Positions 28,462-42,275 of a stretch of DNA of 64,000 bases are shown here, in pieces. This DNA is from Eledone cirrhosa (taxonomy: Eukaryota). The position numbers were made by a program, and so were the translations under genes. The stretch is taken from NCBI GenBank assembly GCA_964016885.1, contig OZ024746.1, positions 54,250,001 to 54,314,000 of the forward strand. Direction: 5' to 3'. The notes under the pieces were generated by a model, which saw only the letters and a list, made by a program, of their open reading frames with translations, did not search any database and had not been told where the DNA came from. Numbering within the stretch: position 1 is the stretch's first letter; every line of letters starts with the position of its first letter.

Positions 28462-28765
28462 TATTGGTTTGTAACAATAGTTTATATCATTTATTCAACC
28501 ATATATTTTGCATTTTGTTCTAGTTCTTTTCAACTTCTTTCAGGCAACTTTATGATTCCCTCCACCCAGAATTGATATCTTTCTGCGTCATGTACCTGAC
28601 TAAGTGGTTCTTCCCATTCAGAAATGGTTGTAGGGATCGGAAGAGATGATAATCCGAACCTGCAAGGCCAGGCAAATACGACGGGTGTGGTAGGACACTC
28701 CAGCCAAGATTATACAAATTTGCCGGGTCCTCAAAGAAATGTGTGGTCTAGTGTTGTCCTACGTA
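28462..28765 (-). mobile_element. mariner transposase 3' fragment
   Basis: Minus strand DNTRPH..GWSVLPHPSYLPGLAGSDYHLF (YSPDLAPSDYHLF-like) and FWVEGIIKLPE; TIR-like TATTGGTTTGTAACAA at a TA. Confidence 0.75.
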
Positions 28766-28807
28766 GTAGCCCCAAACTTAATGAATCAACAAGTCAACCA
28801 CTGTAAA

Positions 28808-29030
28808 TAATGGTTTCTTATATAGGCACAAGGCCAGCAATTTGGGGGGGGAGGGGAAAGTCGATTAAATCCACCCCTGTGCATGACAAGTACTTTATTT
28901 TATCGACCTCATAAGGATGAAAGGCAAAGTTAACCACGGTGGGATTTGAACTCAGATAACAAAGGTGCGTAACTCTATGCTACAAAGCATGGCGTCCGAT
29001 CCTCTACCGATACTGCCAATCCACCGCCCT
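28808..29030 (-). mobile_element. Meta-SINE (long-tail variant) with TSD
   Basis: Flanked by AACCACTGTA(A/G)ATAAT direct repeat. Confidence 0.85.
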
Positions 29031-29159
29031 AACCACTGTAGATAATAATAAATCGAGTGAAATAACCTAGGAAGCGGAAAAATGTAGAATTTACTCTATG
29101 ATCCTGAGTCACTAATCGCTATGCTTTAGATTGTCAGTTTCTAGCTAGAAGTTTCATAT

Positions 29160-29350
29160 AATTGTTTCTACTTTTTGGCACAAGGCCAGCAATAACTCAG
29201 TGTATTACTGGTACTTTATTTTATCGACCCCGTAAGGATGAAATGCAAAGTTAACCTCGGCGGGATTTGAACTCAGATCATAAAGGGACGTAACTCTATG
29301 CTTCAAATCATGGTGTCCGACTCTCTACCGATACTGCCAATCCACCACCC
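29160..29350 (-). mobile_element. Meta-SINE with ~21-bp TSD
   Basis: Flanked by TAGCTAGAAGTTTCATATAAT at 29142 and 29351. Confidence 0.85.
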
Positions 29351-30214
29351 TAGCTAGAAGTTTCATATAATGTTGAGATTTAAGTAACATTAGGAACATT
29401 TAAAATTTGTAATGTAGCCATCTCAACGTAAATGATTAAACAATTGTCGAATGTCTTTCATTAGAAATTTGGCAACAGAGGGATTAACTTAGCCGTAGGT
29501 TTAGCTCACATACAGCTTTAACACCATTTCATACCCAGTAACCAGTCACCATTAGCAGTACTTATACCGTACAATCTCTAAATATTGACAATCCTAGAAG
29601 TGGGACACTGTGGAAATTATGGCTCAACAGTGACTTTAAACTAGTTTCTGACTCATTCCTTTGCTAATTCCTGAAAAAGACATTGTTGAACTCAACGAGA
29701 TTTCAATGAGATTAGAGCAGAGGTCAAATACACTAAATACAGCAACGCATTCTATCCGATGTTCTAACGATTTTGCCAAAACAGTGTTAATATCTTCAGC
29801 CCACACATATTTAACAACATTCCACAAACCAGAAATACTAAGCAACAACAGTTTTCCTTATCCGTTCCAATCTTCAAGGGTCGACAACTCGAACAGTAGA
29901 GACAGTAGAGATATTATGGCGCAATAGATACGTTAACCTAGTTTGTTTTGCTCTTTTTTGTTGCTCTCCTAATCAGAGAAGAAATGTGCCGTTAAATACT
30001 TTTCAATCAGCGGAGAGATCTTATCTAAAAGGTCGGTCAAAATACTGACCTGAATAACATCCTCGTATAAATTTCAGAAATGCGTGACAGACACACACAT
30101 GCACATACACACACACACATGTAGATATAGACACATAATTACATATATACACACCTATCTATCTCTCTCTATATATATAAATATAGATATAGATATAGTA
30201 ATGTATATATATAT

Positions 30215-30392
30215 AATTGTTTCTACTTTAGGCACAAGGTCAGCAATTACCCAGTGCATTACTGGCACTTTATTTTATCGATCCCGTAAGGATGAAAGGC
30301 AAAGTCAACCTCGGCGGGATTTGAACTCAGATCGTAAAGAGACTTAACTATGGTGGAAAGCATGGCGTCCGATCCTCTACCGATACTGCCAA
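30215..30392 (-). mobile_element. Meta-SINE copy
   Basis: Reverse complement of the 506 family. Confidence 0.8.
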
Positions 30393-30425
30393 ATAGTGTA
30401 TATATGGTAGTGTATATATATAGTA

Positions 30426-30562
<137 letters not shown>

Positions 30563-30919
30563 CCTCACCATTTTGTTTGTTTACCCTCGCGTCCCCTTTA
30601 TTTACGTGTCCCAACGACTTTTTTTAGCCGTTGCTCGCACCAGCCGGAGGTATATGGTCTTTAAAGCGATGAAATGCCTATGATAGTTGGAAGATCACTG
30701 ATGAAGGACAAACTTTTTTCATATGTAACCCATTTGCAACTCCGCAGCGTCCTTATTATCATATATATATATAATATGGACGGAATACATCTGTGTATGA
30801 ACGTATATAGACCCATACGATATCGTATAGGTATGATAATTTGATAGAAGGAAATAATTTTTATTCATTTGCGTGTTTATCTGGGGCATCAGCACATATT
30901 CAGAAACACGCACACCCAC

Positions 30920-30990
<71 letters not shown>

Positions 30991-31344
30991 ACTGATTGCA
31001 GTCATTGGACTTAGGAAATGCTGGAGCTTTTCCGTGAAAGGATTTAAGCGATTGTATCAGCGAGTATAAATAGATGTTCTCTGTTGTAACGCCTTCGCGG
31101 TTTTGTCCGCGGAGAGCTATCCAGATACCCCGCTTAGAATGTGGTGTAGAATCCGCCCTCTCCCCTCAGTTTCTCCCATTCGCTATTTCATATTTTCTAT
31201 CTCTCTTTCATTTTCATTGCAAACGTATTATAATATGATATTTATATAGAAACTAGATGGGGTATACTATAAATTGTGCGGGTTTTACAAAGCATAAACT
31301 AAACGTCAACGTATTAAAAGGAAAGTTTATTTTGAAACTTGCCC

Positions 31345-31480
31345 TGGTACTTTATTTTATCGACCCCGTAAGGATGAAAGGCAAAGTTAAACTCGGCGGG
31401 ATTTGAACTCAGACCATAAAGGGCCGTAACTCTTTGCTGCAAAGCATGGCGTCTGACCCTCAGCCGATACTGCCAATCCA
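31345..31480 (-). mobile_element. Meta-SINE copy (tail missing)
   Basis: Reverse complement of the 506 family. Confidence 0.75.
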
Positions 31481-32133
31481 AATTGCCCAAAGATGGTTAG
31501 AATTTGAAGTGCAATGTTGAAGACGTCAGAAGGTAGTCATACACAAGATAATATTGTGGGAATAAACTCACGGATGACTTAGTAATGAAAGACCTACTCG
31601 AATCTTCATCGATCAAAATTCAGAGTAAACAAATTGTCGCAGGGAGCAATTGACAAGATCAATGGAAAAGCGTGCATTTTGGAGAGACGTTGTCAAGAAT
31701 CTTAAACTGTGATCACCATGATGATAACTTGTATGCGTATCAATGAAATGTTAAATCTTTTGTTAAGTCTAGTACGACTTTCATTGATGTGACTTTCGAA
31801 TCTTGAGTCGCCCGGACTATTTTTTTTTATCTTATAGCAAATATAAACACATATAAATTGTATTGTACCCACATTCCAGTGATAGTTCTTTCATTTACTT
31901 ACATATGTGTGTGTGTGTTGAAGGCGGGATTCCAAATTTTCTTTTAATGTTGCAAAAATCACAATATGTTTTTCTATGACAAAAAGAGGCAAAAGAGGCG
32001 ATGTCATCAGGCGTAATTCCCAAAGATTAAGTAATCAAAGAATACTGCAAAATATAAAAAAAAAAGAATAGAGTTGATACGATGGTGGCCTGCCCGCCTG
32101 TGTGGAAACTGTAGCCCTCCGTTTCTGTCTGTT

Positions 32134-32164
<31 letters not shown>

Positions 32165-32202
32165 CTATTCATCTATCTACTTATTTGTCGATCTCTCTCT
32201 CA

Positions 32203-32292
<90 letters not shown>

Positions 32293-32293
32293 A

Positions 32294-32324
<31 letters not shown>

Positions 32325-32325
<1 letters not shown>

Positions 32326-32930
32326 ACGAAGGAAATGTGGTAAGGAACCAGGTGGACCATAACGCACCAAAGTACTCAATACTTGAGGTAGTAGAGTGGG
32401 TAATAGGAACCAGTAAGACCCCGACAGCTGAGCTCAAGCCGTTTCGACGGCTAATTCTGGACGTTAATCCGAATCTCTCCTTGGTGCCGAAGTCTTGGTT
32501 GTCGCAATATCTGTCATAGAAAAAAGTTCTCCCTCTAAGTCTTTTCGCAAATAGATCGATTTTTTGCGTGAGCATCCGAAGGTAAAGTTTTTTCGGTGGG
32601 ATTGGGATGTTCTTGGTAGAGAAGTCAATGTTGTGTTTTCGCATGGTGCGGGTGAAATGAATTGAGCTTAGCGGAAAAGTCTGGATACGGCGTGGTAGGG
32701 TCGGAAAGTGCTCTACTACGGGTGTAGGAGCTAGATAACGAAGGAAATGTGGTAAGGAACCAGGTGGACCATAACGCACCAAAGTACTCAATACTTGAGG
32801 TAGTAGAGTGGGTAATAGGAACCAGTAAGACCCCGACAGCTGAGATCAAGCCGTTTCGACGGCTAATTCTGGACTAGCCAGAATTAGCCGTCGAAACGGC
32901 TTGAGCTCAGCTGTCGGGGTCTTACTGGTT

Positions 32931-32933
<3 letters not shown>
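32325..32933 (-). mobile_element. Internally deleted PLE (family A): pLTR - ORF N-terminus - pLTR, plus inverted arm
   Basis: Direct repeats 32325-32463 and 32736-32874; between them ATG at 32644 begins [43 protein letters not shown] (KNIPIP start recalled from invertebrate PLE ORFs); inverted arm 32876-32933. Confidence 0.75.
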
Positions 32934-32965
<32 letters not shown>

Positions 32966-33234
32966 TAATAATATGAAATTCCAAACCAATTAATTGTATA
33001 TCTTGTTAATTAATTTACGACCGTTTCATCCATATTTTGAGTAGATTAATAATTAATTGCCAATTAAATAATTAAACAAAACAAAACAAATAAAATTCGA
33101 ATCTTCAGTACTATTAAAATGACAAAAATTTATATTAAATGTTACCACATAAATATTACGTTTTGAAGTCAACATGACACAGCGGTTAGGATCTTATATA
33201 TATATATGTGTGTATACATACATACACGCAGGCA

Positions 33235-33362
<128 letters not shown>

Positions 33363-33591
33363 TTTATATATATATGCAACGTGATTACACCCACGCAACA
33401 CAGAAAAACAGACAGACGATTTAATAAAACATCTATCTATTTCTCTTTGCCCCCCCCCCCACTCTCAATTGTTTTTCTTTTTCTCTCTCTCTGTATATAT
33501 ATAATATATATATATAATATTTATATATATATGTATATATATATATATATAGCCTATCCTTCACGGCTGATTGCTCTTAGCTCCTTACCAG

Positions 33592-33731
33592 GGAGTTCAC
33601 TGCAAGGCAACTTCTTTGATCAATAATTTCAGCAATTCAAATCCATTTCGAGGGGAAAACGTTCACCAGATCGATATTCCTGTCTTAAACTCATCGAACA
33701 TCAAAGAAGCACGCATCCGCATTCCTGATTT
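33592..33731 (+). CDS. Candidate host exon
   Basis: ccttaccAG|..TT|GTaata; phase 0-2; GVHCKATSLINNFSNSNPFRGENVHQIDIPVLNSSNIKEARIRIPD. Confidence 0.4.
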
Positions 33732-34135
33732 GTAATATTCATAATTCTTATGTTTTGCATTGGTAGATGAGTTGGAGATTCATATGTATGTATGTATGCA
33801 TGTGTGTATGTATGTATGTATGTATGTATGTATGTATGTATGTATGTATGTATGTATGTATGTATGTATGTATGTTCTTCTGGTTTTATAATTTCACAAA
33901 TTTTAGCCAATAGAGAGAGAGTCGGTTTCTAACATAGACACAAGACTCTCTCACTGGAATTTACACAACATCAACTAGGTAGATATGTCTGCATGTCTGC
34001 ATGCATGCATGTGTGGATATGTATGTTATTGTATGTGTGGATGTGGATGTTTTGAGTTGTATGTGTGCATGTGTATATGCAGTTATTAGATGCTGATCTT
34101 CGGCTCTCTTCTGGGGATGATCATTATAATTTCAG

Positions 34136-34187
34136 ATGCTTTATTAGACAGGAATATACACCAGCAGATGATTTCAGGGCTTTCTTG
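34136..34187 (+). CDS. Candidate host exon
   Basis: aatttcAG|..TTG|GTgatt; phase 2-0; (L)CFIRQEYTPADDFRAFL; weak donor. Confidence 0.3.
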
Positions 34188-34327
34188 GTGATTTCCCCTG
34201 AATGAAACAGTTCTAGTCTTGTAGGAGCCATTTCTATATTAAATTTTTTGTTTACACTCTACTAATATATTGCGCATCTTACTGTTCGTTAGCCCTGAAT
34301 GAACCCGAGACTCATATACATATATAA

Positions 34328-34427
<100 letters not shown>

Positions 34428-34590
34428 TTCGTTTGGGAGAGCTTTGACAATATATAAACAACCTTCCGGTTATTGAGCCAAACAACCACAAATTTATAAT
34501 AAATTGAAATGAAAACTAACAGGCGCGTGTGTTTTTATTGGCAACATGACCCTCCCAAAGTATAACACTTATATATATATATATGTATAT

Positions 34591-36200
34591 ATTAGGGCGT
34601 TCCATTTTGCAAATCGCCAATCCTCTCCTGTCAATTGCTCCCGTATTTGTGTCGATAAAAGAACAAAGTGTGTCGAATTATTGGTCAATCGAAAATGTTT
34701 GATGTTTGCACACTATCACATCTTTGTATTCATAACAATTTCTTGGGACCTGGCCTGCGGTATATTGTCCTTTGTTCACTTTACAATAATATTAGTGTTA
34801 AAGATAGAAACACTTTTTTATGAATCCAATTTATTACCGGAAACGACTTTTTCTGGATCTCTTGATTTACGTGGTGTAAGCTGAAGTTATTCTTTGACCA
34901 GAACTATTTTGATCACATAGACGACCTTTGCTATATAACACAGGCAAGGAAAACTGGGGAGATGGCCAACCACCAAGATAGAGACGAGAGCTTTGTGAAC
35001 TCGACATAGTCTTTTGGGGATAGTCGCCCGAAAGCAGGACAGTCAGTAGATATTTAACCATCTCCTCCCTCTTTTGCTTGTAAAAATCTTCCATGGGCTC
35101 ATCATCGTCCAGGATAATTTGATAATCAAACTTATCGATGGAGTCCCAACGTCTCTGGAACTTAGTGAACTTTGGGATACTGAGAATAGACGATGGGAAA
35201 AAGATCTCAAAGACTTTCTTCAAAACCAGTTCAAGAAAGTGAGGTCAATAAGCCAGTCACAAGAGGGATTTTTTCAGAATTGTTTTAATTTTCATATTAT
35301 CTTCTTGGTGCATATTAGTGATACTGGTGGTAGTGTCGACAAACATACCATTTATTCTCTCATCTATCTTGAGTAGTTGAATTTCTTTCAAAACGACTTC
35401 AACAATTTATTGTCCGGTATCATCTCTTGCAATCGGAACCACTAATAGCCCCTTCTTTCCTTTCCCTGTAATTAAAACTGCAATCTGATCTTCAAGTGTG
35501 CTGGATTGGGAAGCTGATGGTAATAATTCTCCATCACAGTGGATGACTAGCCAGAATTTGTCTTTAGATGGGAAAGCGGATTACTCAATTTCCCGAGCCA
35601 TCTTCTCATGATGAATGGTTCCTTCTCAATAAACTGTTAAGGAAGGGGGTGGGGATCGAGAGTTCAGACACATGATGACCAAGAATCTTCGCAATTGCGA
35701 TGTAAGAATTACTTGTTTGTCATAACGATAGTTTCTCTCTTTCCCACGTGGACAAGTGAGACAAGAGTGGCGTCGAGAGTCGGTTTTATTCACTATTTTT
35801 GAAGGGATGCTAACTTGAAAATTTAATCATCATCATCATTAATAACTGGGCGGGATTACAAACTTTCAAAACCTATTTTCTCGACTATCTTCTTGTCTTC
35901 ATCTAGCTTTCTTATTTGATATCCTGAATCTTTTTTTCCTTCTTCTGATTGGCTCTCACATATTCTGCATCAACACCAGCTATGAATAAATACATACGAT
36001 CGTATCGTTGTGTCTCAAAAAAAGCTTTATCTACAGATGGGAGATCCTCTCGTTCGAGTACCTCTTGGCTTGAAATGTCACAAATTTCCTCTCGATCACC
36101 TTTCCAAATCTCAAGCGAAGTGTGCAAGTGTATCACTACGTAATTTTCCAGCTTTTATGTGAAATTCAGTCAGAGCGCAAATGACATGAGGTGATTCTAA
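34591..36200 (-). mobile_element. Degraded hAT (hATm-like) DNA transposon
   Basis: ICDISSQEVL..DKAFFETQR..GVD, DGELL, FVDTTTSITN, HFLELVLKKVF..KFQRRWDSIDK remnants; TIR-like TTAGGGCGTTCC at 34592. Confidence 0.65.
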
Positions 36201-36230
36201 CAAACACGTTTCCTTATAAATATGAAACAC

Positions 36231-36366
<136 letters not shown>

Positions 36367-36575
36367 GGTAGGTAAGCGATCATTAAGTAGGTGAATGAGG
36401 GTTGGGTCAGAGTTGGTGGCCGACTAAGAAACCTGTGTTATATAGAAAGCCAACGGTGTATCGCTTTATATATATATATATATATATGAGATAGAACACT
36501 GGAAGGTATTATCCGTAGTGGTAGAGCACTCATTCCATGGGACGAGTTTGGTAGAAGTAGTAACTCAAAAGTTAT

Positions 36576-36645
36576 TTCACGATACCGAGAACAATTGTTT
36601 CACCTTATCCGCATAAGGTGAAACAATTGTTCTCGGTATCGTGAA
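36576..36645. repeat. Perfect 33-bp-arm hairpin containing the 3' half of a hammerhead
   Basis: TTCACGATACCGAGAACAATTGTTTCACCTTAT-ccgc-ATAAGGTGAAACAATTGTTCTCGGTATCGTGAA. Confidence 0.8.
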
Positions 36646-36662
36646 CTAAATGTTGTGTTACT

Positions 36663-36772
<110 letters not shown>

Positions 36773-37158
36773 GTAGATACATATATATATATGTATATAT
36801 GTATGTATATATATATGTATGTATATATATACAATATGGACTGAGTAGGCTTAAACCCAACGGCTTTTTAAAACTTCGTCCTATTTTTTCTCGGTTACTT
36901 ACTTACATGTGACATTTCCTATGTTTCCTACTTCTATCGGTATGTTTTCTTCCTTTTTTCCCCTCCATTATTCTAATTATTTTCTTTCTTTCTTCTTTTC
37001 GAAATCGCTTCTTCCCTCATGGATTTTTTATAGATTATAGGGCGCGCTACGGATAGATGTATTTTCTATAATGCGCTGAAACATCCGAGACCCGTATTGC
37101 AAAACAGATGAAATGAAAATGTCCATCTACTGTTTGTGTACCTTACTTTCTAACTATG

Positions 37159-37524
<366 letters not shown>

Positions 37525-37548
37525 GTATATATATATATATATATATAT

Positions 37549-37913
37549 AAAATAAAGTTAAATAAAAGTCAAATGATTAAAATTTAGCTTCGTTTATTAC
37601 TGCTATATATATTTCAGTGACAGCCATCTTTGGCTGTGACCTCTTCAGGCAGTTTGAATTAGTATGGTATAGACAAGTACATATGTTGTTTAGGTGTATG
37701 ATATTGTCAATACTCTGATATGCCCAACAAGGAACTGGGCATATCAGAGTATTGACAATATCATACACCTAAACAACATATGTACTTGTCTATACCATAC
37801 TAATTCAAACTGCCTGAAGAGGTCACAGCCAAAGATGGCTGTCACTGAAATATATATAGCAGTAATAAACGAAGCTAAATTTTAATCATTTAACTTTTAT
37901 TTAACTTTATTTT
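37549..37913. repeat. Near-perfect palindrome, 178-bp arms, 9-nt loop
   Basis: 37549-37726 is the reverse complement of 37736-37913; the two near-identical ORFs on opposite strands confirm the symmetry. Confidence 0.9.
37809..37863 (+). ncRNA. Minimal type I hammerhead ribozyme (mirror on - strand 37599-37653)
   Basis: ACTGC CTGAAGA GGTCACAGCCA AAGA TGGCTGTCACT GAAA TATATA TA GCAGT, followed by AATAAA. Confidence 0.85.
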
Positions 37914-38004
37914 ACACTACTCCGGAGTAACCAAACCAACCTGCGCACTTCGTCGAGTGCTCCAGCCTGCATACTGAGGTGTTGGTATACAACCAACATA
38001 AACT

Positions 38005-38042
<38 letters not shown>

Positions 38043-38096
38043 AACCAGATGGACCGTTGAATCGGCTTGAGCTCTGCCGTAGGGGTCATACTTTTT

Positions 38097-38147
<51 letters not shown>

Positions 38148-38509
38148 AAACAAAAACACATATCCCACAAATCGATCAAATAAACTAAGAAATCAATCAA
38201 AAAACGAAAGAAAAATCAATTTTGATTTTCTGTCCCTCCTACAATTTTTTTTTCCTTTTCACCTTCCTCCTGGCTTTTTTCTTCTCCACTTCTATTTCTG
38301 CAGTTCTGATTATGTAAATCACGTTAAAAAGCATCATAGAAGAAAAATAGAAAAAGATCTCTGAAATGAAAAAAAAATACGGAAGAATTTAAATGAAGGA
38401 GATAGATGAATAGATAGATAGAGAGGGAGTGAAAGAGAGAGATAGCGATAACGACGCACACACACACGTGCGTTATGGCTCACCTGGTTCCTTACCACAT
38501 TTCCTTCGT

Positions 38510-38546
<37 letters not shown>

Positions 38547-38578
38547 ATATGCACATATATACATAAATATATATATAC

Positions 38579-38654
<76 letters not shown>

Positions 38655-38802
38655 TATATATATGTTTATATATACACGTATATATATAGTTATATACACG
38701 TATATATATGTATATATATATAACTATATATATATATACACGTATATATATATTTATATATAAATATGTGCATATATATATATATATATACGTATATATA
38801 TA

Positions 38803-38855
<53 letters not shown>

Positions 38856-38884
38856 GTATATATATATTTATATATATATATATA

Positions 38885-38932
<48 letters not shown>

Positions 38933-38952
38933 TATATAGACACGTATATATA

Positions 38953-39011
<59 letters not shown>

Positions 39012-39372
39012 AGAGAGAGAGAGAGTGAGAGAGAGAGAGTGAGGCGCGAGAGAGAGTGAGAGAGAGAGAGCGAGAAAGAGACAAACAACTTAAAGATCCA
39101 CATAGCTGCCGAGAAGAGTTCCACTTAATTTATTGCAACTATGATAGTAATCCTGGAATCCATTGAAGAGTGACATTTATATATTGTCTTTGGTTGGGTG
39201 AGGTTGATAAAGGTCATAACGACATTCTTTATACCATATCACACACACCCATACGTAGGCACACACACACACATATATATATATATATACACATATACAC
39301 ATATATATATATATATTTATTTCAACATATATTTATATATACGTATATATTTATATATATTTATATATATAT

Positions 39373-39458
<86 letters not shown>

Positions 39459-39529
39459 AAATATATATGTATAAATATATATATATATATAAATATATAA
39501 ATATATATATAGAGTAAAGCATGTCCAGA

Positions 39530-39581
<52 letters not shown>

Positions 39582-39584
<3 letters not shown>

Positions 39585-40484
39585 GTATATATAGTCTATT
39601 TTGCAATACACTCTCTGCTTAATTAAAAGCATTTCGAAGACCTTACGCAATTGTTTTAGAGTAGTGACAGTCTCACTTCTTTAAATTTTCAGCAAACAGG
39701 GGAAATAAAGCTGACAGAACTCTGTTTCGTACTTTTTGGTACTTATCAAAGCTAACTACTCCACCTGTTTGCTGAAAATCATGAATGTTTGATTCTTATA
39801 GAATTCTAGTAATAATCAAGAACTGATTATACAGAGCGGTTGCCGGTCAAGCAGAAATTGAAAATTAGAATTGGTGCTCTGAAATATCGATATATATATG
39901 AATGTATATATAGTGTATTTTGCAATACACTGTATGCTTAAGTAAATACATTTCGAAGACCTTACGCTATTGTTTTAGAGTAGTGACAGTCTCACTTACT
40001 TTAAATGTTCTGCAAACAGGGGAGATAAAGCGGACAGAGCTCTGTTTTGTACTTTTTGGTACTTATCAAAACTAACTACTCCAACTGTTTGCTGAAAATT
40101 ATGAATGTTTGATTCTTATAGAATTCTAGTAATAATCAGGAACTGATTATACAGAGCGGTTGCCGGTCAAGCAGTAATTGAAAAATTAGAATTGGTGCTC
40201 TGAAATAGCGATATATATATGAATGTATATATAGTGCATTTTGCAATACACTGTTTGCTTAATTAAAAGCATTTCGAAGACCTTACGCTATTGTTTTAGA
40301 GTAGTGACAGTCTCACTTACTTTACATTTTCAGCAAATAGGGGAGATAAAGCTGACAGAGCTCTGTTTCATCCTTTTTGGTACTTATCAAAGCTAACTGC
40401 TCCACCTGTTTGCTGAAAATCATGAATATTTGATTCTTATAGAATTCTAGTAATAATCAGCGGCAACCGCTCTGTATAATCAGT
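39582..40484 (-). mobile_element. Tandem ~320-bp retrozyme-like array (~2.75 units)
   Basis: Units start at 39582, 39901 and 40222, each with a hammerhead motif; 3' end in (TA)n, 24-bp inverted piece at 40461-40484. Confidence 0.8.
39685..39779 (-). ncRNA. Type I hammerhead ribozyme, U3-A8 core variant, extended stem I (copies 40029-40073, 40350-40394 more mutated)
   Basis: AGCT TTGATAA GTAC CAAAAA GTAC GAAA CAGA GT TCTG TC AGCT, enclosed by ATTTTCAGCAAACAGG/CCTGTTTGCTGAAAAT. Confidence 0.8.
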
Positions 40485-40705
40485 AACATTCAAACACCAA
40501 CCAGATGTGAGAAAAACCACAGACCCTCCATCTCAACTCTATTTTGAAAAGCAGAAGAACTGCGAAACCGGTAAAGGAACCAAATAAATACATATATATT
40601 TTTTTAAATAAGACTCCAGTTGCATTTTCGATTTCACCTTTTTTTCTTTATACTTTCACTCGTGAAGGACACCTCGGTTATTTTTCATTTTGTAAACCCC
40701 TTCAC

Positions 40706-40712
<7 letters not shown>
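40485..40712 (+). repeat. Dispersed retroelement 3' segment, also at 50380-50635 (+) and 50032-50172 (-)
   Basis: AACCACAGACCCTCCATCTCAACTCTA..GGAACCAAATAAATA..CACTTTCTAA-TATA shared. Confidence 0.75.
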
Positions 40713-40747
<35 letters not shown>

Positions 40748-41442
40748 TTACTCTTGGCGCAGCAGATTTGAAAAAAATTCCCGGTATAAGGTTAGCATTT
40801 CTTTGTTTATTTTTTATATATGAATATTGATTGTTCCTTATATCTCATTCTGTTATTTTGCCCGAGAAAATATCTGTGTGTCATCAAATGTTGTACACAC
40901 ATAGAAAATTTTTCAATTTCCAATTGAGTTCTTACCACGTGGCCTGAATTCCTTTCAGAGTTAATTGTCACGCGCATGTATTGTTTTTTTTTGGTGGTAA
41001 TTCACTTCCTCATTTATTGAATCAGTTCGAGCACTTCTTTTAGAACTGCTGGACTGGCAACCTGACAGATACCTCAGGCACAGAAAGTGATTATCGCTAA
41101 ATGCTGATGTTGGTTAGATTATCAATATTAGTATTATTGGGGCACCCACTAATGAATTATAGGAGCACATTTGAATATATATCTATTGATGGTATACAAG
41201 CTCCTACATAAATTGGTATAATTTCACCCAAATTGTAGGAATCCTATAATGAAACGAGACGTCCGTCTGGGAAGAGATATATTAGATATGTCTCATTTGA
41301 AATAATACACCCAATTTTCCACGCAATACTTTTAGTTAGCACCCGTAACACATAATTGGGAATATAATCACTTATTTCCTAATGTTTGTTGAGTGAGTTG
41401 GAATTTGGCCGGAGTATCGCTAAAAAGCTTTCTCCGATATTG

Positions 41443-41630
<188 letters not shown>

Positions 41631-41677
41631 GAGGTTATATTTAATCTGCTGGGATTCAACAGATTAAATATAACCTC

Positions 41678-41892
<215 letters not shown>

Positions 41893-42053
41893 ACATATAT
41901 ATATATATATGCAGAGGTTATATTTAATCTGTTGGGATTCAACAATAATTTGCATTGGTTGCCCTTGAAATATATATAATAAAATAATTATGATTTTATA
42001 AATATAGTTTCCATTTATTAATATATTGTATATATATATATATGTATGTATGT

Positions 42054-42135
<82 letters not shown>

Positions 42136-42275
42136 ACATATATATATGTATATATACATACATATATATATATATTTACATATACATATATATATGTATA
42201 TATACATACATATATATATATATACATATAGATATAGATAGGTAAATATACACGGGTGTGTATGATTGTGTATAG

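Noticed and set aside
33015-33115. Minus-strand CTGAAGA..long stem..GAAACGGTC
   Set aside because: Stem I does not pair in register; at best a decayed ribozyme
37577-37885. Twin 63-aa ORFs on opposite strands
   Set aside because: By-product of the palindrome
39582-40460. CRISPR-like or plain satellite interpretation of the tandem repeat
   Set aside because: No unique spacers, eukaryotic context; the unit contains a ribozyme fold
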